A stretch of 62,039 bases of DNA, the filler included, from Choristocarpus tenellus KU-1152 (Eukaryota; Protista; Phaeophyceae), in the NCBI GenBank assembly GCA_964200185.2. It is 12 parts of 12 records of this genome, joined end to end, with 100 filler letters (N's around TTAATTAATTAA, not from the genome) between each part and the next. Parts side by side here need not be neighbours in the genome. Positions count along the whole stretch, not along the records: positions 13,997 to 18,978 come from CAXNAD020012286.1; positions 19,079 to 22,843 come from CAXNAD020018060.1; positions 22,944 to 29,890 come from CAXNAD020006995.1; 9 more parts are not named here. One strand, written 5' to 3'. Positions 13,897 to 26,427 of the stretch are shown piece after piece. The position numbers and the translations under genes were made by a program. Positions within the stretch are counted from its first letter, which is position 1, and every line of letters starts with the position of its first letter. The notes beneath the pieces were generated by a model. It was not told the origin of the DNA and ran no database searches. It saw only the letters and a program-made list of their open reading frames with translations.

Positions 13897-15170
13897 NNNN
13901 NNNNNNNNNNNNNNNNNNNNNNNNNNNNNNNNNNNNNNNNTTAATTAATTAANNNNNNNNNNNNNNNNNNNNNNNNNNNNNNNNNNNNNNNNNNNNCTCC
14001 ACACATACTCCCCCACAAAAAAAACATTGCCCCCGAAGTGCATTTTTTTTTTCTGTCGTGCCTGTTTTGCCAAGGGAACTCCTAGCGCTGTGGAATCGCT
14101 CGTATTCACGCGCAACCTGTCTCCTTTTTTTAACTTCGAGAACAGGTAGAGCTCCACTGTGTCCATGAGGTACAAGGGCATAGGCGCCTCACTCTAGTCG
14201 ATTCTTTTAGTAGGTTGAAATGTGTGTCATCTTAAGATACTTACAATGTATGTATTTTTGAATGAAGTAAATGCATTATTTTAGTAGGTTGAAATGTATG
14301 CACCGCCTTAAGATATTAACTTTCTTGTAGTACATATATTTTGCGTGAGGTAAATGCGGTACAGCACCCACATGAACAGTAGGTCTTCACTCGACGTGCA
14401 ACGACTAAATGTGATGTTATTTTCTGAGTTTGGGACATTCAAGTACAGAAGAAGGTAATGTCGATTACCTATCACATTTCCTGTTTCTGAGCACACATAG
14501 ACAGCTGGTTGAAATCTTCGGTTCTATTTTTTTCCATCTCGATGTTAATGCAGGGCAGTCAGGACTACAATTTCCTATTGAGAAAGGACGAAATCTACAG
14601 AAACTCCTTCACTCTCTATAATTTACCGAATATGATGCACAGCAATCCTTCCTTGGCAAACAAATTGATTTGCTTGTGTGAGTGTGTGTGATTGTGTGTT
14701 CTAGTCCTATCTGGACGAGACAACACAACCTTTTTTGTATATTGATAAAAGAATACGACCTTGCTATTACTGTAACAACGTTGAGTTGCTGAACAAACTT
14801 CTTCCCTTGCCCTACTTCTCTCCACTCTAGAGCTCTATGGTAAATATATATTTCTACGTACTAATTCACAGTGTATAGAAGAGCTCTTTCGTTTGGGAAG
14901 TTCCATTACTCTCTCGCAAACTGAGACTTCTTGCGGCACCCAAGAAGACCCTTCGCCTCCAATTTTTCTACTTCAGAGTATTACTCAAACCATACGGATC
15001 AAACCGTAAAATTATCCACTACGCGCTTCCTCTTTCTTTTTTTGTACCCTTTCTCTAGGGGTGTGATTTTACTGGATATGTTTCTTGCGAGTTTTGTGTA
15101 TCTCCACAGTCACGTCACCCCGGCCAGTTCAAAGTCCATCTTCACATTCGCACATTTTATGCTTTCCTAC

Positions 15171-17084
15171 TGAAATGCATGCTGAGGGCAGCGCCTGCCA
15201 ACAATGCCACCTTGGCCAGCATATTTGACGCTGACTCTGAGCTCTTGAGAAGGGCAATTAGACTGCCAGCCCATAGTAGGGCCTCACCCTGTGTCCATGG
15301 AAGGGTAGAAAAAGAGTAGTATGGGATAGTATGAGGTATAATGGGCGAAAACCTAGTAGGGGGGGTGGGGGCAGAGGCAGTGTAATGTACCATCTTCATA
15401 GCTCAGCAAAGAGGATGTTGCTCTGGGTGCTTTTGTAGTGGTATTGCTATTGTAGTATTGGTATTTATGTTTCAGATGTAAGTGAGCAACATGGAACATT
15501 TTTCTTTCCATTCCCTTCTTTTCATCTAGTGGAGGGATACTATATTCTTGCAAAGAGATTTTAGATAAGTGCGTTGTGATTAACGAAGAGAGATATCATG
15601 TCGAAACGTGAACTCGTACACTTACGATAATGTAGGGGGGGGAGAATAAGATGACCAATAGGTGAATTCATATAATTTACTACTGGCCCCCCACCTCGAG
15701 AAGTAGCTTGACGGTGTCATCTGTCCCGCAGAAAACGCTCCTTAGTCCCATGAAGGCTACCATTGCTGACTGTGCATCCATTTCACGAGCGAACACATAT
15801 AACGTCGAGATTAGATTTCCGGATTAATCAAATGTTAGTATCGACCTTGTTCTGTTGGTCGAAGGGAATGACAGTTAAAATCGTCGATTTCGTCCGTCGT
15901 TCCACAGGAACTGGATCAGGGTCTAGTCAACAAATTTAACTTGGGACACCGTGGTCTGTGCAACATCGCAACGCATGTAACGTACTCAACAGTATAGCAT
16001 CCGACTGATTCATTGTATAGTGCACGCTGATCGACAAATAGAGCGAAAAGTCCAGCAATGCTCTGGCATACCAGCAATGTTCTCGCATACCAAAAAACGC
16101 TCTTGACTTCCTATATGAGTGAAAGTATCTTAGAGGGTACGAATTTTGCCCTATTTGTCCATTTGGGGCTTGGCTTCCCATGGGTGTTCTAGGACATTAT
16201 CCTACACCGAAATGTTTCGGAGTATGTAAAATGTGTAAAACTATGAATCGGTTTGTCGGAACTAGGATATTGACACTTCCTAAAGAGCACGATAGTCAAA
16301 ATTACATCAAAATCGCAACATTGGATTTTGGCCACCATACGGACGCGGCTCTTAGAGCTACCCTCTAAGATACTTTGACTCATATAGCAGGGTGAAGGAC
16401 ACACAGAATATACAGTAATGCCTGAATTTCTGATGGCACATACTCATCATGTGAGCAGGGTTGGTTGCTGAGATACAATGGCATTGAAGGTGGATCCATC
16501 CTAATTGGTTCGAACCGATGCGTAGTAGAGTGTACTAACATAATGCCGTGTTCAGACACAGGGGCAGGAAAGTCTCCAAAAGTACTCACAAAGATAACGC
16601 TGGAGTCGCTCAAGTTGGGGGGGACGTAGAATTGAACAGCATCGCCAAGGTAGTCGCTAAGAACAGTTGTCTGTAAGCCGGGTAGTAGTGTGGTGGTCAG
16701 CTGTTGAGGGCGTGTATTGCACGAATGGATTCCAATCAAATAAGGATGCACATGTTTGTTCCTTGTGTACGCCAAAACAAAGATAGTTCAACTCACACCA
16801 AGAAGATATGCCACATGGTAGACGCCGAGTCCAAGCAGGACCTTCCGTGAACTCGAGAGTGATGTGATAGCTTTCGTGCTACCACCTCGAGTTGACAATG
16901 AAGTGCGATGAGAAGAAACTTCGGGAAAATGGTGTTCCTTCAGTCCGCCCATTGACTTATCGAGCCAGCCAACTCGCTGGTCCCTCCATTCGACCTTGTT
17001 GCGGGGCTTGACTGGTTCTGCAATGCAGGAGCAGAACGTGGCGAGAAGGGCAGCGCAAAAGAAAGCGGGACGGTGGAAGTACAT
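15171..17084 (-). CDS. Unknown membrane or secretory-pathway protein; exons 17084-16797, 16700-16590, 15288-15171; 3' part unresolved
   Basis: Signal-peptide-like MYFHRPAFFCAALLATFCSCIA, an LSTRGG motif, hydrophobic segments, and GT-AG junctions that keep frame. Confidence 0.6.
16117..16381. mobile_element. Complete MITE, family B (265 bp), ATAT target-site duplication, intronic
   Basis: ATAT|GAGTGAAAGTATCTTAGAGGGTA...TACCCTCTAAGATACTTTGACTC|ATAT. Confidence 0.92.
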
Positions 17085-17549
17085 CGTGCTGGGTTGGTAT
17101 CTGCTAGCTGTTCTTACCACACTTTTGTGTTGTGTGATTGGTGATGCGAAGGAGGAGAAGGGGGGATAAGGTGGAAGCCAGTGCCTGCACCTTCTGTTTG
17201 GAACTTCAACAAATCCAGGTTCATTCAACATGATTTGAAGATCTTAAGATTATTATAATATATATTCATATTTTCATTATCATCAGAATATTCCTTAGTC
17301 GAAAAAGTACTACAAAGAAGGCATACACTCGTTCAAATAGTATAACAAAAACCGCAAAAGAAAATCCAATGGAAGAGGAAGAAAAAGTTAAAGCAAAAAT
17401 ATAAATATAGAATCTCCACAATAAGAACATCAACCTCAAAACAAAGTTTGCCCAACAGAAGAAAGAACATGATGCTAGAGAACAAGTCCACAAAAAGCAG
17501 CATTCGGTAGACAGTGATGGTGGTGTTTTGTGCCTAGAGCGACCTTACC

Positions 17550-18850
17550 TGCTGGTTTGGTGTGAAGTACATATATAAACTATCAGATTCCTTGGGAGGA
17601 TACCATTCACCCATGAATATTGTTGTAGTGCCGTTAGCCACTACAAACTCATACCGCTCCTCTTAGCCACTCTCATTGTCCAATCCTCAACTCAGATCGC
17701 AAAAAACAAAAATGTCAAGGTCGCCTTAGAGACATGTCCACCTCTTCTCCTGTCCACCTTTCCGTTGTCAGATTGGCAACCTCCCCGGACAAACATCAAT
17801 ATATTGGGAAGTTGCTCATTCTCCCTCAAAAGTAACTAACCCAGCAAATAGGAGCCTCCGCTTCCCAACCATTGCCTTGATACTCTCACACCCAGTCTTC
17901 ATAGTGACATCATTGTTTGATAGGACATAATCAGAGGGTTCTCATTTCTGGAACCTATACAATCGAGAGGAGGAATTGATGGTGGGAGGGGAGCTTCAGA
18001 TAATGAGCCTGGTGGAGTGTCCACATCATACGACCATATTTCAGAACCTACATGCTGCAGCTTAGAGCATTCAAAAATCTCAAGCTCAAGAGAGACTCTC
18101 ACTCGAGTTCGTGTCATAAAGCACTCACTCGTATTTGCAAAAGAGTCAAACCAATTGATGAGAGGTAGGCAGGTTGAACTTAAAGGACCCTGAGAAATGG
18201 TATAAAAAGACATCATATTGTACAATTGCAGGAAGGGGGGAAAGGGGGGAATACCAATTGCGCATATACATTGTGCCCAAAAGCACTGAAATCGAGTGTA
18301 TTGCATAGGATAGGAAAGATGGCTAAGAATGCAAAAGGTTCCAAACCTGCTCACCTCTCAATTGGTTTGTGGCTCAAAAATACCTCTAAGCTTTCTGAAT
18401 CCTCCAGCTGATCTCAACTACAGTAGTAATAGCCGCATCGTCATCAATGATTCCCCCGACGTAAACAAGCTTATCAGGTTGCTGGTAGATCTAGTCCAAT
18501 ACCTGAATCGGCATGGTTTCGGCATCCTGATTAGGAGGACGAAGATGCACAATCTCGGTCTCTATTGCCGATATACTCAGAATGTCTCTGACTACCTTCA
18601 TATAAGCACTGTCATCCTGGGCAAACCTCCAAAGTCTTGGAAACAATACCTGTATCATCAGCATAAAGCATATCCCATAAAACGCTCTCATCAAGTGTTG
18701 TCCTACTCCCTCCTGGGGCTCCTCCTCCCCTGACCGGCTTGTTTGTGGCCACTCTTGATGACACTAAGGTCCTTAAAGATGGCCAGGTCAGGGGTGACCT
18801 CCTTAACTACCATCTTCATCCCTATAGGTGTCATCAATTCTTCACACCGA
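17550..18850 (-). mobile_element. Decayed non-LTR (LINE-like) retrotransposon remnant
   Basis: RT C-terminal-like fragments (KLVYVGGII...EISWRIQKA) with many stops. Confidence 0.4.
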
Positions 18851-18853
18851 CGA

Positions 18854-18978
18854 GACTCAAAGTATCTGGGGGGGGGGGGTGGTTTGTGAGGGCGTCCGTT
18901 TCGGTCAAACAACTCTTTTTTTTGCTGACATTTCAAATCCCACATGTGAGACCAAATCCCACCAAAAACGTGAAAATC
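18854..18978. mobile_element. MITE fragment related to family C (contig end)
   Basis: GACTCAAAGTATCTGGGGGG..GGCGTCCGTTTCGG; interior resembles 57735-57780. Confidence 0.75.
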
Positions 18979-19078
18979 NNNNNNNNNNNNNNNNNNNNNN
19001 NNNNNNNNNNNNNNNNNNNNNNTTAATTAATTAANNNNNNNNNNNNNNNNNNNNNNNNNNNNNNNNNNNNNNNNNNNN

Positions 19079-19155
19079 TTAACTCCACTTTTTCTTTTTT
19101 TGGTCAAAAAGGGCCCCCGGGTGGACCCCCCCCCCCCCCCCAGATACTTTGGGTC
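19079..19155. mobile_element. MITE terminal fragment, family C (contig start)
   Basis: C-run followed by CAGATACTTTGGGTC. Confidence 0.75.
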
Positions 19156-19640
19156 TCTACTAGAACAAAGCACATTGATGTCCGATATCATTTTTTAAGG
19201 GACTTATATAGAAAAGGAGAGATTCGTGTTGTTTTTGTTGGTACTGCAAACCAGAGGGTAGATGTCTTGAACAAGAATTTGCCAGTTCGAGTTTTTAGAC
19301 AACATGTGAAGTTTTTGATGAACATGTGACACAACATTTGTGTGTGTGTGTGTGTGTGTGTTTTTAATGATTGTTTGAGAGTTAATACTTGTTTTCAGCA
19401 AGGGGAGGATGTCGAATAACCTAGTGTTGTCCTTACGTTGTTTGTGCTGACACAAGTATACAACATAGGTTATACGTACGTTTACATTTGGTTAGATATG
19501 ATACAGAGTACGTACGTATATAAAATATAATAAGTCAACATTAATAATCCACACGCAGTGATGATGGATGGTTGACGAGCAATTAATAATTCAGTGTGTG
19601 CTTTACCATGTAATTCAATTGCTAGCTTCCGGCTCACCCT
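19156..19640 (+). mobile_element. Ty1/copia 3' end: RNase H C-terminus (19156-19329), PPT (19400-19409), LTR start at 19410
   Basis: RTKHIDVRYHFLRDLYRKGEIRVVFVGTANQRVDVLNKNL...M*, then AAGGGGAGGA|TGTCGAATAACC; LTR sequence recurs from 52534. Confidence 0.85.
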
Positions 19641-20477
19641 GTCCGCACGCAACAGGTGAATTGTTGGCACTCCATCAACGAAGCTGGCACTCAACACCTC
19701 GAAGTCTTCCCTGACAAAGACCACCTCATCACCAGCACTGAACATCCCTTCATAGCTGGAATGGTCCCTGGCGTTCCACTGAACTGTGTTCTTCTGGTGC
19801 ATAGTGAATGGCGAGAATTCCAGTTCATTGTACTCCGATGACTTGTTCGTACAATGCATATATTCCCCACTGCAAGCTGTTTCTTATTCCTGGAGAGGTG
19901 ACTCCTCAGGTACATGTCGCCTACCCGATCCTCTGTAGAAAATTCGAGGTTTATCTCCTTCAATGCAGGCACGTGGGTGCCTTGCCACTTACAGTTGGCG
20001 AGGTTACTGATGGAACACTTCATGCAGTAGCACGTCATCTCGGTGTACGTCAACGTCGAAGAGGTGCTGTTGGTGCGTCGACCAGTGAAGAACCTGTGCA
20101 TGGACTTTATACCGCCTCATCAAGTCGTTGCTATTATATATTTGTACTTCTTGACTATTTATTTATTATTAGTCATTACCATTCCCCCAGGTGATAAATC
20201 GTTGCCAGTTTTATATGATGTTATTGACGCTTGTGAAGGGAACACCCTACACTAAATATACCAGATACAACTGACAATCAAATATATCCACAGTTAAAAC
20301 ATCCTCAAAACCCTTCTCCTTTAACGTGTCAAGCCTCTTCACAAACCATGCATTCATTCGTTTCGAATTCTCAAGGAATGACTACAATTTCACAGCAATC
20401 CTAGGTTCACCACTGGAAAGAACGCAAAATTCATTCGTATTCAGGTTTCAAGATAAATCAACACCACTATAACTTCC

Positions 20478-20705
20478 TAGGTGAAGGGACACCAGGTGCG
20501 TACCCTTCTAGAAGGACCGAACCTACCTGCCACAATCCCTACCCCTCTACTCCTAACCCGAAACACAAAGCGTGTGACAGAAGAAGTCAACACCACTGGA
20601 CTTACTTCGTGAAGGGACACCAGGTGCTTAACCCTTCCAGAAGGACCAAACCCACCTGCAACCATCCCTGCCCTCTCAACCTAAAACAAAGCACAAAACG
20701 TGTTC
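20478..20705. repeat. Two-copy direct repeat, about 130-bp period
   Basis: GTGAAGGGACACCAGGTGC..ACCCTTC.AGAAGGACC at about 20481 and 20609. Confidence 0.75.
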
Positions 20706-20829
20706 TCTCTCCTTCTATCGGTTTCCCCGTCCAGTTTGCAACGTACCCACCCCACCCAGCCACCAAGCCGGACCTGGAGAGGCGCCGGCTAACCGCTGGT
20801 CGTCACAATGCCAATGAAGGGAAGTAGGA

Positions 20830-22840
20830 GGTGAGTTTCACAGAAGAAATGTGCACACTCTGTCCAGATCAATCACGACCATGCATATAAGATGAATCCT
20901 ATAACCACTCTCGGCGGAGACCGCCCACAACGAATGTTGCATGACCAATCCCCCCTTGTGTATCTTGTGCCGACATGTGCGTGTCATCATGTACCCCTGC
21001 AGTGTATAACCCAGTACTCATGGTCCTCCACTGTACTTTTCTCCTCTCACTTGTCCTACCTCACACTCTCACTCTACGCAGACTCCTCCCTATGTATCAC
21101 CCCTTTATGGAGTCAAAATTATTCGGTCCTGTTCTTTCATTGCGCCTCTCTCAAACCAGTCGCAAGTTCCATCGTAGGAACAATGTCGAACGTACGACCA
21201 TCATAAACAACTTTCTACACCGCGTATTGACCAACGCACGCCTCGTCGTAGAATTTCCTTCTGCCAACATTCGACCAGTCACGTAGTTTACCTCGGCCGC
21301 CCTCAAATCGCATCAACCCTGTATCCCGACACATGCATGATATTCAATTGTCCGATCTGCCGTATGAATTGGTGCGCCTTTTAGATTCGTCGTGAATGTA
21401 GACTCCACACATGTTCTGCGTCCAGCTTGTGTATGCAAGCAATATCAACACAACGAGTGACAACAGCCCACACCCCTATCCTTCATGCCTTTTCCCTGTT
21501 GTTTAATTTGGACCGACCATAAACACCCACAATAGACCGAGACAATGTCACCTCCCATGATGACCCCCCTCCCACACCCTTACGTCATGCTCAAGCCCTA
21601 CACCCTTGTCTTGGAATCAAAACTATCTACCCTCTCCCTAATCCCTGAACATGATCCCGCACTACACACGACCTCATACCCACCCATCACACCATAGATT
21701 TTGTAGTTGTAACACCTATACATAGGTGGACAGCGTTTATTTCCCCAAAAACCTTTTACCGTATGCAACCATTTCAATATTACACAACAATCGCCATGAG
21801 AATAGAGCTGTCTTAACACGATAGAACTCACGAAGTATGCAGGCCACAACATGTATGTGTGCATGTCACCATTCCACCCAGATCCAACCGTTTGACCTCG
21901 TAGTATACCATATTCCTTCTACCATCGGAATGAAGATTGCACACCCTCCTATCTTGGCACAACAATATTCGCACAGTTCACTTCTGCCTAATGATAAACA
22001 CTAAAGTACCATTGTGTAAATGCCTTGCGAGGAACACCTATCCACACACACCAAGTCCTATTGTTCATGTCCTTACTTTCCCTACTCCTCAATTCCATGT
22101 CAGATAGATAAACTGCTCGAAGTTTGCCCACCACTTCAGCATCACCAACACATAGGCGCCGTAGAATTGAACACGTCCACGCACTCACAAGGACACAATT
22201 TTCCTCCTACTATGAGGTTTATTTCGTGAATGCTTCCATCATGTTGTCAAATCCGACTACCATATCTACTGCTATCCCCTCTCTTGCCCTCTATCTGTTG
22301 AGATGAATCACCCCTACAAACACGTACCAGCATCGCACCTTTCTATCGAGCTCTAATCCTACACCATACACTTTATTGCACAACTCTTTCACGATTGCCA
22401 ATCGTCTTCTTCCTTCCACATGGTTTTGACTCCATGAGATGGATACAATATATTCCACAATATGAATGTACACGTCATTATAAAATTACCCACATATCCT
22501 GCATTTTGAATGATATCGTTATTCACTCCTCCTTACAAAAGAGGTTCATCAACCACGAAAGTACAGTCTACCACATACATCTTTGTTCGTGCTGGAACTT
22601 AAAACAATCCATCAGTCAGTAGTCATCCATCCCATTATCGTTTCCCTCGTGTGCGTATTCCGTCTCCACCAAGAAATAAACACGGACACAAGCTCCAATC
22701 AGCAATTGAACTGGATTAGAAATTTCTTGTCCAATATCTTACTGTCAGACCACTATCCACACTATTGTTACAGGCGCCCCTCAATGCTCACCTTCCAGGA
22801 TGTACAACCCAAATCCAACGACCTTAAAACGATGCTACGG
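20830..22840 (-). mobile_element. Decayed LINE-like retrotransposon ORF2
   Basis: Long purine-rich, broken coding-like strand with RT-like fragments; motifs heavily degraded. Confidence 0.4.
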
Positions 22841-23324
22841 GGGNNNNNNNNNNNNNNNNNNNNNNNNNNNNNNNNNNNNNNNNNNNNTTAATTAATTAAN
22901 NNNNNNNNNNNNNNNNNNNNNNNNNNNNNNNNNNNNNNNNNNNGTACTCCAATCGTAAGCCTTTATTCTTCAACTTCTTAGTGACTTTGACATTTCCCCC
23001 TCTGTAATGTTACGTAGGTATTCCGAATCTTACTCTGCATCTTCTCAAATTAATCATTTATTCCGTAAGGCTAACTATGTTAGTAATGTCGAATATAGTT
23101 TGTACTTGTCTGAACTCGAGAAACAATCTTTACACTATACGTCTGTCACAAATGTTCGTATATCCTAAAACATGAGGATAAAATGCTCGCGCTATTCGCG
23201 TGCAACAAATGCTCGCACTTCGTTGAAATACAAGAAGAAATACTCGTGCTATTCGCCTCTAACGCCACTCCCATAAAAGCTCGTAATTACAATGTTGTGT
23301 GTACTGCTGCTATGCCTCCAACTC

Positions 23325-24440
23325 AGCTTAGCCCTACACCACAGGACGAGAAACTAGGGAAGCATCCCAAGAATCTGACAGGCCCCTCCTCGCCCATCTA
23401 CCTGGTGTCTCCAAGTTAAAACGGATGATACGTCTTGAGAGGGTCACTTGTGTAGAGACAGACAACATCTGTTGTAAATGGGATTTGCCAGCTCCTTTCC
23501 TGCTAACCTCCCGCCCCTCGCCCCCCTACTGCATGTGTAGCCAACTCATCCGGAAAGCTTTCTGCTTGCTTACTGATATGCCCAAAAGATTCCACCACGA
23601 ATGCATTCAGGTTAAAACAACGAGGATCAAAAGAGCCCTCGTAGCGGGTGAGTTTTTGCGCCTCGGCTGCAGCAGTGGCAACATCTTTGCTGGCGGAGGA
23701 GTGGGGCAGATGAGAGACTGCTTGGACCTCTGCAAACGTAACATCCCACAAGGAAGCCTTTCTCCAGATAGAGAGCTGATTCAGCGTCCGCAAGGTGCCT
23801 CAGCATGAAAGACCACATCTTTGCGGAAATTCCGGTTCACTGTGAATGGGCTACCGTCCTCCATGGTGCAAGGGATGCGTATTCCCTTGCAGAGTTGACC
23901 TTGACGTTTGGCCATTGGTGTGTGCTGGCGAACCTGCCCCCCTTCCCTAGGGCAGGTACGAGCATGTCAGGTATCAACATTATACCTCCTGCACCCAGTC
24001 ACTGGGCACATATTGGATAGAGCCTCCTCCGTCCCTAGGGATCTGCTGGCACTAAGTCTAAACTCTATGAGAGGAATCTGGCGACCTTGTTCCAGGAGTT
24101 GCGTGGAGGCCCATGCATTTTCCCCTTGTCCACACTGACTTCATTGGCGGACCAGGGCTAGTGAAGTACTTTCCCTCCCTAATTCTGCATCGTCTGGTAC
24201 GTTGGTCATTTGTGCCAGGAAAGAGTTGAAAAGGATCCTTTTCAGGAGGCGGGTGGTTTCATGTTGTGCCCTCCTTGTGATCTTGGGATCGTGGGCTGAT
24301 AGAGTGTGGACCTCTGGGGCAGGTGTAGAGGTTGTTGTTCCCCCCCAGGCTACCCAGCCTTGGCCAATAATTCCCACTAAGTCTTCTGAAGGGACTCTTG
24401 TGAAGAGGAGGGTGTGGGTGGATGATCCCAGGGCCATAAC
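23325..24440 (-). mobile_element. RLE-type (CRE/NeSL-like) non-LTR retrotransposon 3' region
   Basis: HARTC...RQH zinc-finger-like, DVTF...AAAEAQKLTRY, AFVVESFGHISKQA (restriction-like endonuclease signature); copies at about 36016-36135 and 38990-39292. Confidence 0.7.
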
Positions 24441-24908
24441 TGTGGGGCTCGTACTGATGGCTTATGAGAAAAAGACTCTCCATGAGGCCCTACGCCGTCT
24501 ATATCATAGGAGGTGTGGAAGACAGGTTTATCTGTTCTTGTACCGTTATTGCTGTATGCCATATTCTGTTACACCGATTGAGGTTTTCTTGTCAAGAATC
24601 GGCAATTCCAATGGAGGATTTGATTCTACGTTTTCCCTCACATCTGGAAAATATCAGAGGGCATAACAATATGCATCTTACAAATAATGGAGGTCTTCTC
24701 AAGAAACCAATCCCATAAGCAGCGAACATATCTTCAACTGAGATGTCACACATCAAAGATCCTCTTTGTGGTCACATGTCTTGACTTTTGTTATGGTCCC
24801 CCTCTCATATAATTCTCGTCTCTCCACAGTCTTGCACTTGTCCAACCTTAACCTCGTCCTCTCGGTTTCAGTTCGTCTTGGTCCATCTGGTCTGTCTTGC
24901 CCAGTGAT

Positions 24909-25088
24909 GGCTCAAAATATCTGGGGGTGTGTGGCGGCTGTCCATTTGGGGTCATTTTTTTTATGTCCCAATTTTTGTATGATTTGGTTACAGACGTAGG
25001 ATGGATAATATAAGCCCACTTTTCCTGGTTTTGGCCCAAATGGACACCCTGGTGTAGACCGCTCCCGCCCCCCCAGATACTTTGGGTC
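24909..25088. mobile_element. Complete MITE, family C (180 bp), TGAT target-site duplication
   Basis: TGAT|GGCTCAAAATATCTGGGGG...CCCCCCAGATACTTTGGGTC|TGAT. Confidence 0.92.
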
Positions 25089-25713
25089 TGATTCTCTTCA
25101 CCACCCAGAATCATATCATTCATATTGGAGACACCGATGAGATTTCCAACTCACACGTGCGGAGCACACAAACTTGGCAGATATTGCCAGTGAGGGCGGT
25201 GCTGGAGTTTTGTTGCACAAACCCAATCCGATAATCCTATTACCTAGGTATCATTAAATACTTCAGCAAGAAATTTAGTGGAGCTCAAAGTCACTATTCA
25301 TATACAATGAGAGTAGTATGTGGTCGTTACGGCTAGGATGAATTGGCGACCGTATCTCTGGGATAGACACTTTATCTGCATTATAGGTCATGCCGCATTG
25401 TGTTGCTTGTATAGAATGCAGGATACCAATATCATGCTCACTTGTTGGGCTATTGCACTTCAAGTTATGATTTTCACACAGGGTCCTTGTGATATAGTTT
25501 TGGTTTTCCCTGACACATCTGTAAAAAGTTTAAAGATTTCATATAATAATATTAGTGACGATGTGTACCAAACCTAAAATATTTTCCTCCAACCAATTAG
25601 ACAAGAGTGGAGGTGGTCACCATCAGATTCCTCGTAAGGAGTAGGCCCTGCTGTTGGACATGTCAATGCCAGAAATCGTCAAGCACAACCAATCGCAGGG
25701 TGGATCAAAACGG

Positions 25714-25770
25714 TGTGATTGACGAACACGACTGTGATTGACGAACACGACTGTGATTGACGAACACGAC
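25714..25770. repeat. Perfect 19-bp tandem repeat, 3 copies
   Basis: (TGTGATTGACGAACACGAC)x3. Confidence 0.95.
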
Positions 25771-26427
25771 TTCTTACCTATGCCATGAAATCAATACGAG
25801 TCATACGTTGGAATTTAGGGATTTTCTTTATGGACTGTACCGCATCAACAATATAGTTATTAATAGGTTGTAAGATTTTTGCGAGTGTCACAGTGTGTGT
25901 GTCATCTTCGCTAATAAAACGACAATTTTGTATTGATTTAGTGTACTTAGGATACTAGCATCCGGTCCAGAATGTTATGCCTATTCACAAATTTCTTTTT
26001 CTGTATGGTGTTTGATGTAAAATTAGTATGAAAATAGTACTCATCCCTGTTTCATCAGTTTTCTATCCTCTGTCTGCTTTATACACCATGCATGGTGATC
26101 GAGACTTCCCACTCCCAGTTTTCTTGGATTTGGTTGACAAAACTCTGAGCGACACTGTTGTGGGGGTGTAGATATCGACTGGGGTGTGGGAGTTGGATGT
26201 GTGTTTTATGAAGTGGTGTGAAACAGTAGATCAGTAGAATACTAAGATACATGATGGTAAGTGGGACTTCCACGAAGCAGGCCTTCCTACAACTATTGAG
26301 AACCTTGTTCTATCTAACGACTTCTACATCCATACTTGTAGTTTTTTCCAGAAGGTACGACACATCTATCCTCCCACCTCCTCGTGCTCTACTCACACAC
26401 CAAAATTTCCTCTCAAGGGCATTAGAA

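Noticed and set aside
16117-16381. This MITE copy as further evidence for spliced removal
   Set aside because: It lies inside an ordinary intron, so it does not test the idea. Its tolerance there may even argue that the TIR splice sites are weak.
16107-16391. Inverted repeat extending beyond the TIR (CTATAT/ATATAG)
   Set aside because: Explained by insertion into the palindromic site CTATATAG with ATAT duplicated.
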